From: Octopus vulgaris
Taxonomy: Eukaryota
Length of the DNA stretch: 64,000 bases
Assembly (NCBI GenBank): GCA_951406725.2
Contig: OX597819.1
Span: 9,300,001 to 9,364,000, forward strand
Reading direction: 5' to 3'
Position 1 is the first letter of the stretch, and every line of letters starts with the position of its first letter. The position numbers and the translations under genes are program-made. Below are positions 37,996 through 50,306 of this stretch, piece after piece. The notes under the pieces are model-generated. The model was not told where the DNA came from, did not search any database, and saw only the letters and a list, made by a program, of their open reading frames with translations.

Positions 37996-38780
37996 TTACT
38001 ATAGGAGAGTTCTTGCTACTTGAAAGTTACGTCCTTCGTCGTGAAATATTGAACATTTGACGCTCGACTACAGGTAGGCATTTGTTGTATTTGGTGGGGG
38101 GGTGCTTAGTGGAGTTTGTTGCTTTGTATTTAATATTTTTGGGTGAGCAACAGTCTCCACTCTGCTCCAGACATTTGCTTGCCTGTGGTCGTGTATAAAG
38201 ACTCACTTTGCAGTGAGAATTGTGTTTTTGAGGAGGCGTAGCCCCTCCGCAAAAATTTGTTTGTGAAAATTGTGTTTGTGTGACTGTGTTCATGCCCTGG
38301 AAGTTCCTTGTATTTACCACAGGCAAGGAGTACGAAGGCAGCCAGGATTAATTTTTGTGCTGCGACTGGAGTAGCTGTATTCTTGCGGATTACCGGAGTT
38401 GCGGAATTGTGTAGCCGTGAATTGAACTGTCGTCCTTCGTTCTTTTTCTCTGCTCTGTCTTTCTGTTCTTTTTTTTTTGTGTGTGTGTTTTTCTACTGAA
38501 CTTTATTTGGAACATTTGAACTTTCTGTTGAACTCTTTTTCTTTCTTTGTTTTTTTAAATCATGGCAACAATGGAAAACACTGTGCTGGAGTGGGAAATT
38601 TTGCCCCCCGCCCAGGACTTCATTGAGAGAATGGTGGTGTTGAGGACATATTCCAAGTCCATCGACACCATCACTGTGTTCTCTCAAGTCGAAATCGAAA
38701 AAGAGTTGGCAGAATACCTGCCAACTATCAAGTATATTGCAAGTTCAATTTATCCTTTACTTTGGAGGGTTCCAAACGGG
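37996..38780 (+). mobile_element. Second Tx1/L1-like element, 5' UTR and ORF1 start
   Basis: Paralogous to 35616-36280; MATMENTVLEWEIL...VLRTYSK at 38562. Confidence 0.75.
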
Positions 38781-38959
38781 TGATTTCTTAGAAAGATTCT
38801 TCATATTTCTCTGGCGCAAGATTTTTGCGAATATGAAATTATTACATGTATAAGGTATCAGATAAGAATTTCTGGAAAAGTATCCCATAGAAACTCAACA
38901 GACTGTTAAAGATGGAGAAGAGAAGAGGTTAAAATTGTAAAAAAAAGAATTTTAATACT

Positions 38960-39902
38960 CAACCGCGCCCAACAGATTGTTATCTAGGGGGTTGCAGTCT
39001 GTAGAGTTAGGAGGCCAGATGTTAGGGGTGATGTGGTCACAGAAATTGTCTGACAGTCATGACTGAGTTCTCCTGCTTGTATGGCATGTTGCAGAGTCCT
39101 GTTGCCAGACATAGGGTCTTCCAGTAGCCACCCTCGTCCAGCGCAGCACTACCTCCTCCAAACACCATGATGTAGGCCTCCAAACACCATGATGTTGACT
39201 GGATGTTTGATTCACTCTTGATACATGTTTTGGGGACACGGCAGGCCAACGGTTGTTTTGTGTGTTCACTATATGATCCTGGCAGAAAATTTTTCTCGTC
39301 TGAGAAAAACCAAAGCATGTTCGGTTGGAGGGGATGCTTGAGTTTGTTCAAAAGCTTCGTAGCGCGGTCTTGCTTCTTGTCCTTAATGGCTTCGGAGAAA
39401 AATTTACACTTTCTCATCTTGTATGAGGAATACCAAATGTCTTCATGCACTACGTACCTGATAAGAAATTCAGACACTCCCATGTCGCTGACGATGGACC
39501 TGGTTGACTTGGGGGGATCGTTGTCAACCATGACCTGGATCTCAACAACAAATTCAGGAGTTCTTTTCTTATCAGAACCATCAGAGAGGGTTTTCCGAGC
39601 TGCCGTACCTTCATAATCACCATTAGACTCATCCAACTCTTTCCGAATCCTCTGTACTGTCCTCAGATTGACACCCAAAACACTCTAAAATGTTCGTATT
39701 GGAGCTTCCAGTGCGAATGCCAAGCAGTACAGCTTGTCATTTCCAAATTTCTGGCAGACTGAATTGCGTCACGTTGGTGCTTTTCTCACAGACGGTGCCC
39801 AACTGAGCCTACTATACTGTGCAGTTGACAAAATCAAAATCAGACAATACGCGAAATTAAAAATATGAAATGGCAATAATTTACCCATTACCCCTTGCAT
39901 AT
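38960..39902 (-). mobile_element. Tc1/mariner superfamily transposon (maT/DD37D-like), decayed
   Basis: LRTVQRIRKEL (HTH), WFFSDEKNF, YVWQQDSATCHTS, WPPNSTDCNPLD. Confidence 0.85.
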
Positions 39903-39979
39903 ATATATATACACAGACATGACAGAAGTAAATAGATACCACATAAATCGTTGTTTTATGTTAATTCTAGAATTGTCAT

Positions 39980-40261
39980 ATGGCCAAAATTACCCAAGAT
40001 TTGTTAGACAAGAATGGCATTAAAAAGCTTCCATGGTCAAGCCAATCACCAGATATGAAACATATTGAACACCTGTGGGACATAACGGACAGGGCACTTA
40101 ATAAAAAGAACAAGAGAGCGTCTTCAAAGCCAGATCTTTTGAGATTACTGCATGGAACTTGGCAGGAAATTCCACAAGAAAATATTAGTTTATTGATCAG
40201 TAACATGCCTAATAGGGTCCTTTCAGTGAAAAGTGCAAAGGGTATGTCTGCTAAATATTAA
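39980..40261 (+). mobile_element. Tc1-like transposase C-terminal fragment
   Basis: LPWSSQSPDMKHIEHLWD...LISNMPNRVLSVKSAKG matches WPxQSPDLNPIEHLW. Confidence 0.85.
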
Positions 40262-40279
40262 ATATCCACATTATATATA

Positions 40280-40658
40280 GGAGCACTCCGTCGGTTGCGA
40301 CGATAAGGGTTCCAGCTGATACGATCAACGGAACAGCTTGCTCGTGATATTACCGTGCAAGTGGTTGAGCACTCCACAGACCCGTGTACCCTTAACGTAG
40401 TTCTTGAGGAGATTCAGCGTGACACAGAGTGTGACAAGGCTGGCCCTTTGAAATACAGGTACAAGAGAAACAGGAAGAAAGAGCGAGAGAAAGTTGTGGT
40501 GAAAGAGTACAGCAGGGTTCACCACCACCCCCTGCCAGAGCCTCGTGGAGCTTTAGGTGTTTTCGCTCAATAAACACTCACAATGCCCGGTCTGGGAATC
40601 GAAACCGCGATCCTCCGACCGCGAGTCCGCTGCCCTAACCACAGGGCCATTGCGCCTC
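40280..40658 (-). mobile_element. SINE-A
   Basis: Family match; TSD atccacattata. Confidence 0.92.
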
Positions 40659-40816
40659 ATCCACATTATAATAATTGATAAATACATTGTTTACATTTGA
40701 CGGATATTTGTCCTCATCATGCTTCTTGTTAACACAACACGTGGGCATATAGCGTAGTGGCTAAGAGCGTGGGCTACTAACCCCAAGATTCCGAGTTCGA
40801 TTCCAGGCAGTGACGA

Positions 40817-40859
<43 letters not shown>

Positions 40860-40861
<2 letters not shown>

Positions 40862-41408
40862 TGCAATACCAGGCAGTGGCTCTCATGGCTTCTGATCTCA
40901 ACTGATTGGAAGTGTTATCATGTACATTGTTTTGCCTTGGTATAAAAGATGGGCTACAGCAAATATTCTGCTCAATACCACAGATTTGCTTGTCAGTTGT
41001 TTGACCTTAACCAGTTGAGCATGTCCCTTAGTGGCTGACGATATGTGCATCTCTGATCATGAGCAGAAGTAGTGGGGGAGCATCATAGCCATGTGTTGAG
41101 AGGGATTCTTTGGGGTTTGAATAATTCACCTCTGGAAACATGGGTGGTTCTTTCAACATCCTTAAACGACCCTTATTCAGGGACCGTTTGAGCGGGATGG
41201 GCTACTCGACCTGAAGAAAATTCTAACTGGGCCCCACCTGCAAAGTCATGTGCTGTTTATCTTGATATGAGATCACCATGTCGCACACATATGGTTGTGA
41301 TGCATGTGCCTGGTGTACCCTTATCAGACGAGTAGTCATGATGGGTATACTGGGCTTCGTATATTGTACCCCAGTGTCACTTTGATGGCATGCACTACTC
41401 TCTCACTC

Positions 41409-41410
<2 letters not shown>
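40860..41410 (+). mobile_element. R4/Dong-like 3' UTR inserted in (TAA)n
   Basis: Reverse complement of 53550-53980 and 54583-54885; TAA repeats on both sides. Confidence 0.8.
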
Positions 41411-41443
<33 letters not shown>

Positions 41444-41517
41444 GTAATAAGTAATAATAATAATAATAACACCGAAAAATACCTTAGGAATGAGAACCCA
41501 GGTTCGAAATTTCCCCG

Positions 41518-41566
41518 AAGAAACCTGATGAAGGCTGGAGGGTATATCAGCCGAAACGTTGTGTTA
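41518..41566 (+). ncRNA. Minimal type I hammerhead ribozyme (putative)
   Basis: CTGATGA-a-GGCTG(gagggtatat)CAGCC-GAAA-CGTT-gtgtt: intact core, 5-bp stem II, palindromic minimal stem III; stem I imperfect. Confidence 0.7.
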
Positions 41567-41719
41567 ACAACAAACAAGATGAGGGCAAATATCCGTCAAA
41601 TATACATAATCCCTGATCTCTTAAATATAGAACCGTATTCATTAATAAATAATTTTAATGTATAATTTCAGATTTAAATTAAATTTAATGGTTATAAGGG
41701 TGTATATTTACTTCTGTTG

Positions 41720-41750
<31 letters not shown>

Positions 41751-41769
41751 ACATATATATATATATATT

Positions 41770-42196
41770 ACTCTTTTACTCTTTTACTCTTTTACTCTTT
41801 TACTTGTTTCAGTCATTTGACTGCGGCCATGTTGGAGCACCGCCTTTAGTCGAGCAACTCGACCCCGGGACTTATTCTTTGAAAGCCCAGTACTTATTCT
41901 ATCGGTCTCTTTTGCCGAACCGCTAATGGCGGGGACGTAAACACACCAGCATCGGTTGTCAAGCAATGCTAGGGGGACAAACACAGACACACAAACACAC
42001 ACACATATACATATATATATATACATATATACGACAGGCTTCTTTCAGTTTCCATCTACCAAATCCACTCACAAGGCATTGGTCGGCCCGGGGCTATAGC
42101 AGAATACACTTGCTCAAGATGCCACGCAGTGGGACTGAACCTGGAACCATGTGGTTGGTTAGCAAGCTACTTACCACACAGCCACTCCTGCGCCTA
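41770..42196 (-). mobile_element. SINE-C
   Basis: Family match. Confidence 0.92.
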
Positions 42197-43439
42197 TATA
42201 TATATTATATATATAATACATGAACGCACACTCACATACATGCATACTGCTGTTTTATGTTATACGACACATGAGGCCATCTCTGGATGGATCCAAGTTC
42301 TACCCTTCTCCATTTCGACTCTTCTCACAGTACATCACTGCTGATTCAGGGAGCGAAAGAAAAAAAGTAGGAAAAAAAGGAAGGAAAGAAAGAAAGAAAG
42401 AGGGGGAAGAATCAAATCCAGTATTTGACTGATACTTTATTTATCGAATCAAGAAGAATAAAAGGTAAATTTGATATGTGTGGAATTTGAATGTAGAGAA
42501 CTTCAATAAATATTGTAAGGTATTTCTTATCCAGCATTAATTTTAGTGTCTCTGCCAATTCACATATGTGCTTGTATGTGTGTGTACACGCGCGCGTGTG
42601 AATGTGTGTGTCTGAATGCGTGCGCCTGTGTGTGTGTATAAATATGTATATATGTATGTATATACATACACATCTGACGATTGACCCCATTATTTTAGAA
42701 TTTAGGATACTAGGTCATATCGAAAAGAATAGAGAGAATCCGGTGGTAAGTAATGGGGGATTATAATGTATACCAGCTGATAATATTCTGCTATAAGTAG
42801 CGAAACAGAAAAAACCCAGGTTGTAGCCATTTCTTTGTTTACTGAAGTAAAAGTCTTAAGAGTGGATTTTAGATAAAAAAAGATATTTTATGTTCGGATT
42901 GATTGGGAGAGATTAAACGACAAACTGTGTTACTGAGTTTATGATTTTTCTTTCCTCTTACAGACTTCAGATCTGAATTTTAATTTGATTTCATTCCAGT
43001 ATTTCTCGCTTCGAAGGTCTGAATGTTCTTTCCTGAGATTATAAATTAGTTTTAGCTTCAGCTTATCTTTCGGAACTATCTGTTTTAAAACTGTTGTGAA
43101 ACGATTCTTAAAACGCATTTGAAAACGAGATAAAAAGATACAGCACTGTAGATAAGTACTTGAAATCGAATCATAGGGGTATGTTTTGAAGATTTAGATA
43201 AACTTTTATATCTTTTTTCTTTCTCCAAAGAGTGAATTTTTTCTTATTTTCTTTTTATTATATCTTTACTATTTTTTTTTGTTATTATCAGAAACGTTGT
43301 GGAAAATAGTTTAAGCTAAGGATTTAGCATTTTAGATTTTATTTAGAATTCTTCTCTTCTAATTGTGTCTTCACTTTTAACTTCTCCTATTATCTTCCTT
43401 TGTATATTGTATATACTCACTCAATTGTATACAGTACTG

Positions 43440-43815
43440 TGGAGGCCCAGTGGTTAGGGCAGCGGACTCGCGGTCATAGGATCGCGGTTTCGATTCCCAG
43501 ACCGGGCGTTGTGAGTGTTTATTGAGCGAAAACACCTAAAGCTCCACGAGGCTCCGGCAGGGGATGGTGGTGATCCCTGCTGTACTCTTTCACCACAACT
43601 TTCTCTCACTCTTACTTCCTGTTTCTGTTGTACCTGTATTTCAAAGGGCCGGCCTTGTCACTCTCTGTGTCACGCTGAATATCCCCGAGAATTACGTTAA
43701 GGGTACACGTGTCTGTGGAGTGCTCAGCCACTTACACGTTAATTTCACGAGCAGGCTGTTCTGTTGATTCGGATCAACCGGAACCCTCGTCGTCGTAACC
43801 GACGGAGTGCTTCCA
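43440..43815 (+). mobile_element. SINE-A
   Basis: Family match; TSD atacagtact. Confidence 0.92.
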
Positions 43816-43879
43816 TCCATCCATACAGTACTAGATTAAAGATCGGTTTCCATTATGAATGCATCATAATAAACTATAA

Positions 43880-44097
43880 TATTGGTTTCAAATTTTGGCA
43901 CAAGGGCAGCAATTTTAGAGGTGGGGGTAAGTCGATTACATCGACCCCGGAGTTCCACTGATACTTATTTTGTCGACCCGAAAGGATAAAAGACAAAGTC
44001 AACCGTGGCAAAATTTAAACTCAGAATGTGAAGACGGACGAAATGTTGCCAGGCGTTTTGCCCGGCGTGCTAACAATTCAGCAAACTCACTGCCTTA
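43880..44097 (-). mobile_element. SINE-B, diverged
   Basis: Family match. Confidence 0.8.
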
Positions 44098-44184
44098 GTA
44101 AAGTAAAATATTGAACATATTAATATCTTTAACAGTCAGATAAACCTAACTTTATATCTTACATAATTGAATATGCCTAACTGG

Positions 44185-44960
44185 TCAGCCTAAATTGCTG
44201 CCTATGGGCCTTGCAACGTGTTCAGCCAAGTGGAACTTGGACTTTTGGTATTTTGTGATCACTCTGCACCGTTCTCGAATTACTTCATTTCGGATATGGT
44301 CTCGCGAGGAAATTCCTTGAATCTTGCAATGGTCCTTTGCGTGGAAGCCAAACGTTGTTGTTTCTTCTTTGTAATAGCCCACATCTCACTTGCATATAAG
44401 AGTGCAGGTTGGACGGTGCCATTGAAAAGAGTGGCATATTAGCTCGAGATGAATGCAGAGCTAAAATATCTGAAGATACAAGGAGTTGAGGCACAATTCA
44501 CCAAACCGCTGAGGGATGCGAACTCTGTGTGTATCACCAATGCAGCTCTGCTATTCTGCTATCACCGCCTGTAAGAGTTCCAATTAAGAAAGAGGTCAAA
44601 CAAGGAGGTGCCATTTCTCTAAAGCTCTTCGCTGCATTTCAAGAAATGACCATGAGATATTTTGAATGAACAGGTGGCGTGAACATCAACGGCAAGCTAC
44701 TAACACACCTACGATTCGCAGGTGACATTTTCCGCATCACCGAAATAAGAGGTCAGCTGCAAACCATGCTGGACACACAGCTCAGCAGTAGCGCTCGAAA
44801 GAAACGACATGAAAACAAACTGTATGCAGTCTGAAGACGTAGTACTAGGCTGAATAGAGGCGGGAAGTAATGAAATCGAAGTGGTGCGTCTACTTGGTGA
44901 ACACAGTGAATAAACGCTGAGACATGGACGCTGAATTCTTACAAAAAATAAAGACTAATT
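44185..44960. mobile_element. RTE-clade LINE fragment with internal inversion
   Basis: Minus 44185-44440: LFNGTVQPALLYASEMW...RDHIRNEVIR; plus 44445-44960: KQGGAISLKLF...GVNINGKLLTHLRFAGDI. Confidence 0.8.
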
Positions 44961-45809
44961 AAAAGGAGAGATGGAGGGAAGGTGGGACGGCGGGAGAGAA
45001 ATAGTCAGAGATAGAATGTACAAAGTGTTTTCGTCAAGTGGCGTAATGTTATTGGTATGCAGTTTGAGTGCTAATTTTGGTTTTTTCCACTGAAACTCAG
45101 GCTTGAACTGTAACCGAAAATGTGGCGCTGAAACTGTCTACCACAGGTGGCCAGAAGAAGTTTCTCTTGGGCAGGAGGATATAGATCAAACCAGTAAAGG
45201 AATAAGAAAAACATATGGCATCACTCCGGAAACATTTGATTTAACTATAGAATATAAACGAAGTGCAGAATAGCTATGATAAATAGGTAAACGTCTCTTA
45301 CAATTGTTTCAAGAATAGCCAAGCGGATAAGGATTCCACGTAAGCTAAGTATCCCGTCATCGGAACCTTTTATTGTACTGTATTACTTTCGAAATATTCT
45401 TTCGGGATACTTTTATCATGATTAAGTGAGCCAACAATTAACGCTAAATTTAAAACACATTCATTAAGTATTGCATAATGATAATATTTACATTATTTAA
45501 GCTGCTTCAAACAAAATATACACATACATAAGGGCAGGCGTGGCTGTGTGATTCCAGATTCAGTCCCACTGCGTTGCACATTGGGCAAGTGTCTTCTACT
45601 TATAGTATGTACGTCATAATTCAGTTTATTTCAAGATTTCTCGCCAATAGAGAAAGAACCGGTTTCTAACCTAGATTCAAAGCTCCTTTTTTTGGAATTT
45701 CAACATCAACAACAGGATATTTTTGTATGCATGTATGTATGTATGTATGTATGTATGTATGTATGTATGTATGTATGTATGTATACCACACACACACTCA
45801 CATACATAC

Positions 45810-46570
45810 ACACTAGGGGCATTCCAGAGGTTTTGAGACATTTTAGGAGAGGTAGTTATAAGTGTTCTAGATTACTGAAATTTTAGTATATTATTACTAT
45901 ACAATATACATCTAATAACGCTCCCACCAACTTTTGTTACTCTATATTGAAGGAAACGACTGAAACAGCACATTGAATACTCCCTGCTAAAATACTTGTC
46001 ACAGCTGACAAGTTCATAGAATGCAGACGGAAGTTCGCTATGAAATAAAGTTTTGTGTTAAACTGGGCAAAAGCGCCACAGAAACTTGTGAAATGCTCCA
46101 GGCCGCTTATGGATTAACTTGTATGAGCCAAACATGTTTTTCAGTGGCACAATAGTCCAGGTAAATTAAGTTCACCGGGAAGTACATGATGACCCCCTTT
46201 TCTGGGAGTAAGGGTATCATCTAAATCCACTGGGTTTCCTCTGGCCCGACGGTCAACAAATAGTACTTTGTGGAGGTTTTGAGGAAGTTCAGGAAAAGGA
46301 TTCCTTACAAAACGCCAGAACACTTGCCCTGGGCCAATGCTCCAGTTCACAATTCCATATCCTGGTAACCAACTACTTGATAGAAATAGACATCAAAACT
46401 GTGCTTGGCCCTCCCAACTATCCAAACCTTGTTCCTTGTAAGTTTTGGTTGTTCCCCAAGCCGAAGGAGAAGATAAAGGAGGCTATGACATTTCCCTTTT
46501 GAAGTTTCATGTGAACTCGACAAAGTGACTCGAGCACTATAACAAATACATTGAAGTTGGAGGATTCTAC
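45810..46570 (+). mobile_element. Mariner-like transposon, decayed
   Basis: IKFCVKLGKSATETCEML..AYG, YFVEVLRKF..KRPE, and P.LVPC.FWLFPK motifs. Confidence 0.75.
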
Positions 46571-46592
46571 TTTGTAGGAGATTAGTTGTGTA

Positions 46593-46793
46593 CTTACTCT
46601 TTTACTTGTTTCAGTCATTTGACTGCGGCCATGCTGGAGCACCGCCTTTAGTCGAGCAAATCGACCCTGGGACTTATTCTTTGTAAGCCCAGTACTTATT
46701 CTATCGGTCTCTTTGCCGAACCGCTAAGTAACGGGGACATAAACACACCAGCATCGGTTGTCAAGCAATGCTAGGGGGACAGACACAGACACA

Positions 46794-46861
<68 letters not shown>

Positions 46862-47026
46862 CGACGGGCTTCTTTCAGTTTCCGTCTACCAAATCCACTC
46901 ACAAGGCTTTGGTTGACCTGAAGCTATAGTAGAAGACACTGGCTCAAGGTGCCATGCAGTGGGACTGAACCCGGAACCATGTGGTTGGTAAGCAAGCTAC
47001 TTACCACACAGCCACTCCTGCGCCTA
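46593..47026 (-). mobile_element. SINE-C
   Basis: Family match. Confidence 0.92.
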
Positions 47027-47207
47027 TGTTTCAAATTAATAAACGTCTCCTGAAAAAACTGTTGAAACTTCTGTAATGCACCTTCAGGGGGAGGGGGGAG
47101 AAAGAAAGAAAGAAAAAAACAAACAAACAATCAGACAAACAAAGGAAGACAAAAACACAGTTATCTATGAATCTATATTTCTATTAATATGTGTATTGAT
47201 ATAGATA

Positions 47208-47595
47208 TGGATGGATGGATGCAATGGATGGCTGGTTAGCTGGATGGATGGATGGAGGGATGGATGGAGGGATGGAGGGATGGAGGGATGGATGGATGGA
47301 TGGATGGATGGATGGATGGATGGATGGATGGCTGGCTGGATGGATGGATGGATAGATGGAGGGAGGGAGGGAGGGAGGTCTAGCTGGATGGATGGATGGA
47401 TGGAGGGAGGGAGGGATGGAGGGCTGGATGGATGGAGGGCTGGCTGGATGGATGGATGGCTGGCTGGCTGGATGGATGGCTGGATGGATGGATGGATGGA
47501 TGGATGGATGGATGGATGGATGGATGGAGGGCTGGCTGGCTGGCTGGATGGATAGATGGAGGGAGGGAGGGAGGTCTAGATGGATGGATGGATGC
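47208..47595. repeat. (GGAT/GGAG/GGCT)n microsatellite
   Basis: Directly visible. Confidence 0.95.
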
Positions 47596-48522
47596 ATGCA
47601 TGCAATGAATGAATGGAAATATGTTTAGCAGAACACGTTAAGTTATCTGGCTTTTGGTTCTTGCCTTTATTTTCAGTAATATTGTGATGAAGTACAAAGA
47701 TGACAGCAAGAAATACAAGTATGTGATTACTTGAAAAAGCAAGTTATTAAGAAAGTCTTAACTATTGATTCATTTGCGATTACTTTCATTATAATTAATT
47801 ACAGTATGAAATTATATCTATAATAAAGCTTGCAACCGATTTAATTACTCAACCAAGAATTAATCCGATTTTTAAAATGAACTTCAGAAAATTCGTTTAC
47901 ACGACAATTCTATCTCCCAGATTCAGGTTTGACTGAATAAATTGCACGGAAGTGCGAAATGGTAAGATTTTTATGTAAGAATAGCTAATAAAAACAAAAT
48001 AAAACCTCCATTAGTAACGCCATTGAACATAAAAACTAAAAATTGCTAATTTTTTTTTAATGCCATCTGCGATTTAATTAAAATTTTTCCAAATGTAGAA
48101 AGAAAATAAAGAACTGATGACAGTTTATTAGATAAATAGTAATTCCTTATGTTGTTTTCTGCTCAAACAAGATCCAAATCTGCACCGTATTCATTCGTAG
48201 GAGGATTGTTATGTTAACCATCCAAATTTGAAGTTTCCAGTTGTATTTATTTTCTTACTCATTTTATATTCACTTAGTGAAAACAGAAATGTGAGCTGTC
48301 AACATTCAAGAGCTTAGTTATTCATTATATGGTGTTTTACTGGAAACAAGGCCCAAACCAAATACATTACGAACAGCAGGGGCTATTACTCAAATCTACG
48401 TTTGTCTCTCGTCTTTTATCAGGAAAATCAACACCATACCAATTACGCACTAAATACCATGACATTCAGAGAAGACATCAACAAAAAACACAAGATGTAT
48501 CTGACGACACATTACAAAAAAT

Positions 48523-48920
48523 GCTTTATATATAAAAGTAAGGTTGTGTGCTGTCTGTCTCCTACGATTTAGATTCCTAACTACTCCCACATTTTGCGGT
48601 GCAGTTTAACCAAAACCGGGTATCTTATAGTCGTGATTCATATCGAGCCCTTCTGGGTATTAGCGCGCGTCTACGATGAGTCTAAGATTTTTAAAAAAAT
48701 TACCATCAATTTTTCCTATTTTTAATGCATTTTTGGCATATATAAGGGAAGTAACTCTCTAAAAATATATTATTAAATCTCAGAACGTAAAAAGCTACAG
48801 TAACACCCCCCCCCCTTTGTGGTTAGCCATATTGAGATGGCTATTATACTTTACATCTCTAAAAATGCTTATATAGTTATTTCCCTTACAAACCAGAGCA
48901 ACACCGGGCGATACTGCTAG
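48523..48920 (+). mobile_element. Non-autonomous Helitron
   Basis: Begins ctttatatataaaag; ends ccagagcaacaccgggcgatactgCTAG|t. Confidence 0.85.
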
Positions 48921-49108
48921 TACTTTATAAACGAGTAAAAAGCTTTTTAAAAGTACTGCATAAAGAACAGCAAATTAAATTGAAGTCGTGTTGATTTAAC
49001 TGGACTATAATTCTTGCTGTCGTAGTCATGCAACTAACAACGCTATCCGATTATTCAGGGAAAATGTGATTTTATCACTTTGTCAATCAGCTTTTAATGT
49101 ATGTACCA

Positions 49109-49408
49109 CTAGCAGTATCGCCCGGCGTTGCTCGGGTTTGTAAGGGAAATAACTATATAAGCATTTTTAGAGAGTTACTTCCCTTATATAATAGCAAAAA
49201 AAATGCATTAAAAATGGGAAAAATTCATGGTAATTTTTTTTTTAAATCGTAGACTCATCGTAGACGCGCGCTAATACCCAGAAGGGCTCGATATGAATTA
49301 CGACTATGAGATACCCGGTTTTGGTTAAACTGCACCGCAAAATGTGGGAGTAGTTAGGAATCTAAATCGTAGGAGACAGACATACAACCTTACTTTTATA
49401 TATAAAGA
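49109..49408 (-). mobile_element. Non-autonomous Helitron, complete
   Basis: Minus strand A|TC...hairpin...CTAG|T, the canonical Helitron termini and AT target. Confidence 0.9.
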
Positions 49409-49584
49409 TTATCCCGCTACCTTTTGCTAGTTTCGAATAGGTCGGTGATTCAATGGATAGATAACATCCTCGGAAAGGCACAAACAAGCCAATTTACTAA
49501 TTTATATTTTCACTCTGCTTATTTTTTTGTTTGTTTGTTTTTCATCACCGAAATCTCACCTCCAAAGTTCAGTATTTCTTTTAT

Positions 49585-49967
49585 TTTCTTTTACTTGTTT
49601 CAGTCATTTGACTGCGGCCATGCTGGAGCACCGCCTTTAATCGAGCAACTCGACCCCGGGACTTATTCTTTTGTAAGCCCAGTACTTATTCTATCGGTCT
49701 CTTTTTGCCGAACCGCTATGTAACGGGGACATAAACACACCAGCATCGGTTGTCAAGCAATGCTAGGGGGACAAACACACACACACGCATATATATATAT
49801 ATATATACATATATACGACGGGCTTCTTTCAGTTTCCGTCTACCAAATCCACTCACAAGGCTTTGGTCGGCCCGAGGCTATAGTAGAAGACACTTGCCCA
49901 AGGTGCCACGCAGTGGGACTGAACCCGGAACCATGTGGTTGGTAAACAAGCTACTTATCACACAGCA
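49585..49967 (-). mobile_element. SINE-C
   Basis: Family match. Confidence 0.9.
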
Positions 49968-50306
49968 TTGTTTAAAACATTCTTAAAACATGACTGGTGT
50001 TGCGGAATGATTATGTTGGGTTTTAACAACTTGATCGTGTTAGAGGATCACAGAGCATTCACTGTCTCAAGTAATTTTGAAAGGCCGCGTTGATGACAAC
50101 GCAGTGAGCCATGTCGGGACTTATTTTCTGGCTCTCTCCTTTTAGCCTACTTTGCATATTAATGGTGCAAATGAAATGAAGTGAAATCGATATTAGTTCA
50201 TTGACATGTCGAGATAGGAAATTACTTTTGAGCTTACGGGATCAAGTTTGCAGTTTAGTTTCAAAATAGTGATGGTATACGGTGAGGTGGCAGAGTGGTG
50301 CTGGAT

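Larger units (their letters stand above)
40695..41601 (+). mobile_element. tRNA-headed, hammerhead-containing non-autonomous element with inverted terminal copy
   Basis: A box 40750-40760, B box 40793-40804, (AAT)n, hammerhead core 41525-41560; 40695-40738 is the inverse of 41558-41601. Confidence 0.7.

Noticed and set aside
40743-40815. Functional tRNA gene (also the heads at 5352, 29683 and 61163)
   Set aside because: A/B boxes are present but acceptor stems pair poorly, there is no oligo-T terminator, and each continues into a repeat body.
45138-45153. CTCF-like motif (also 29271-29287)
   Set aside because: Short imperfect matches are expected by chance in 64 kb, and there is no supporting evidence.
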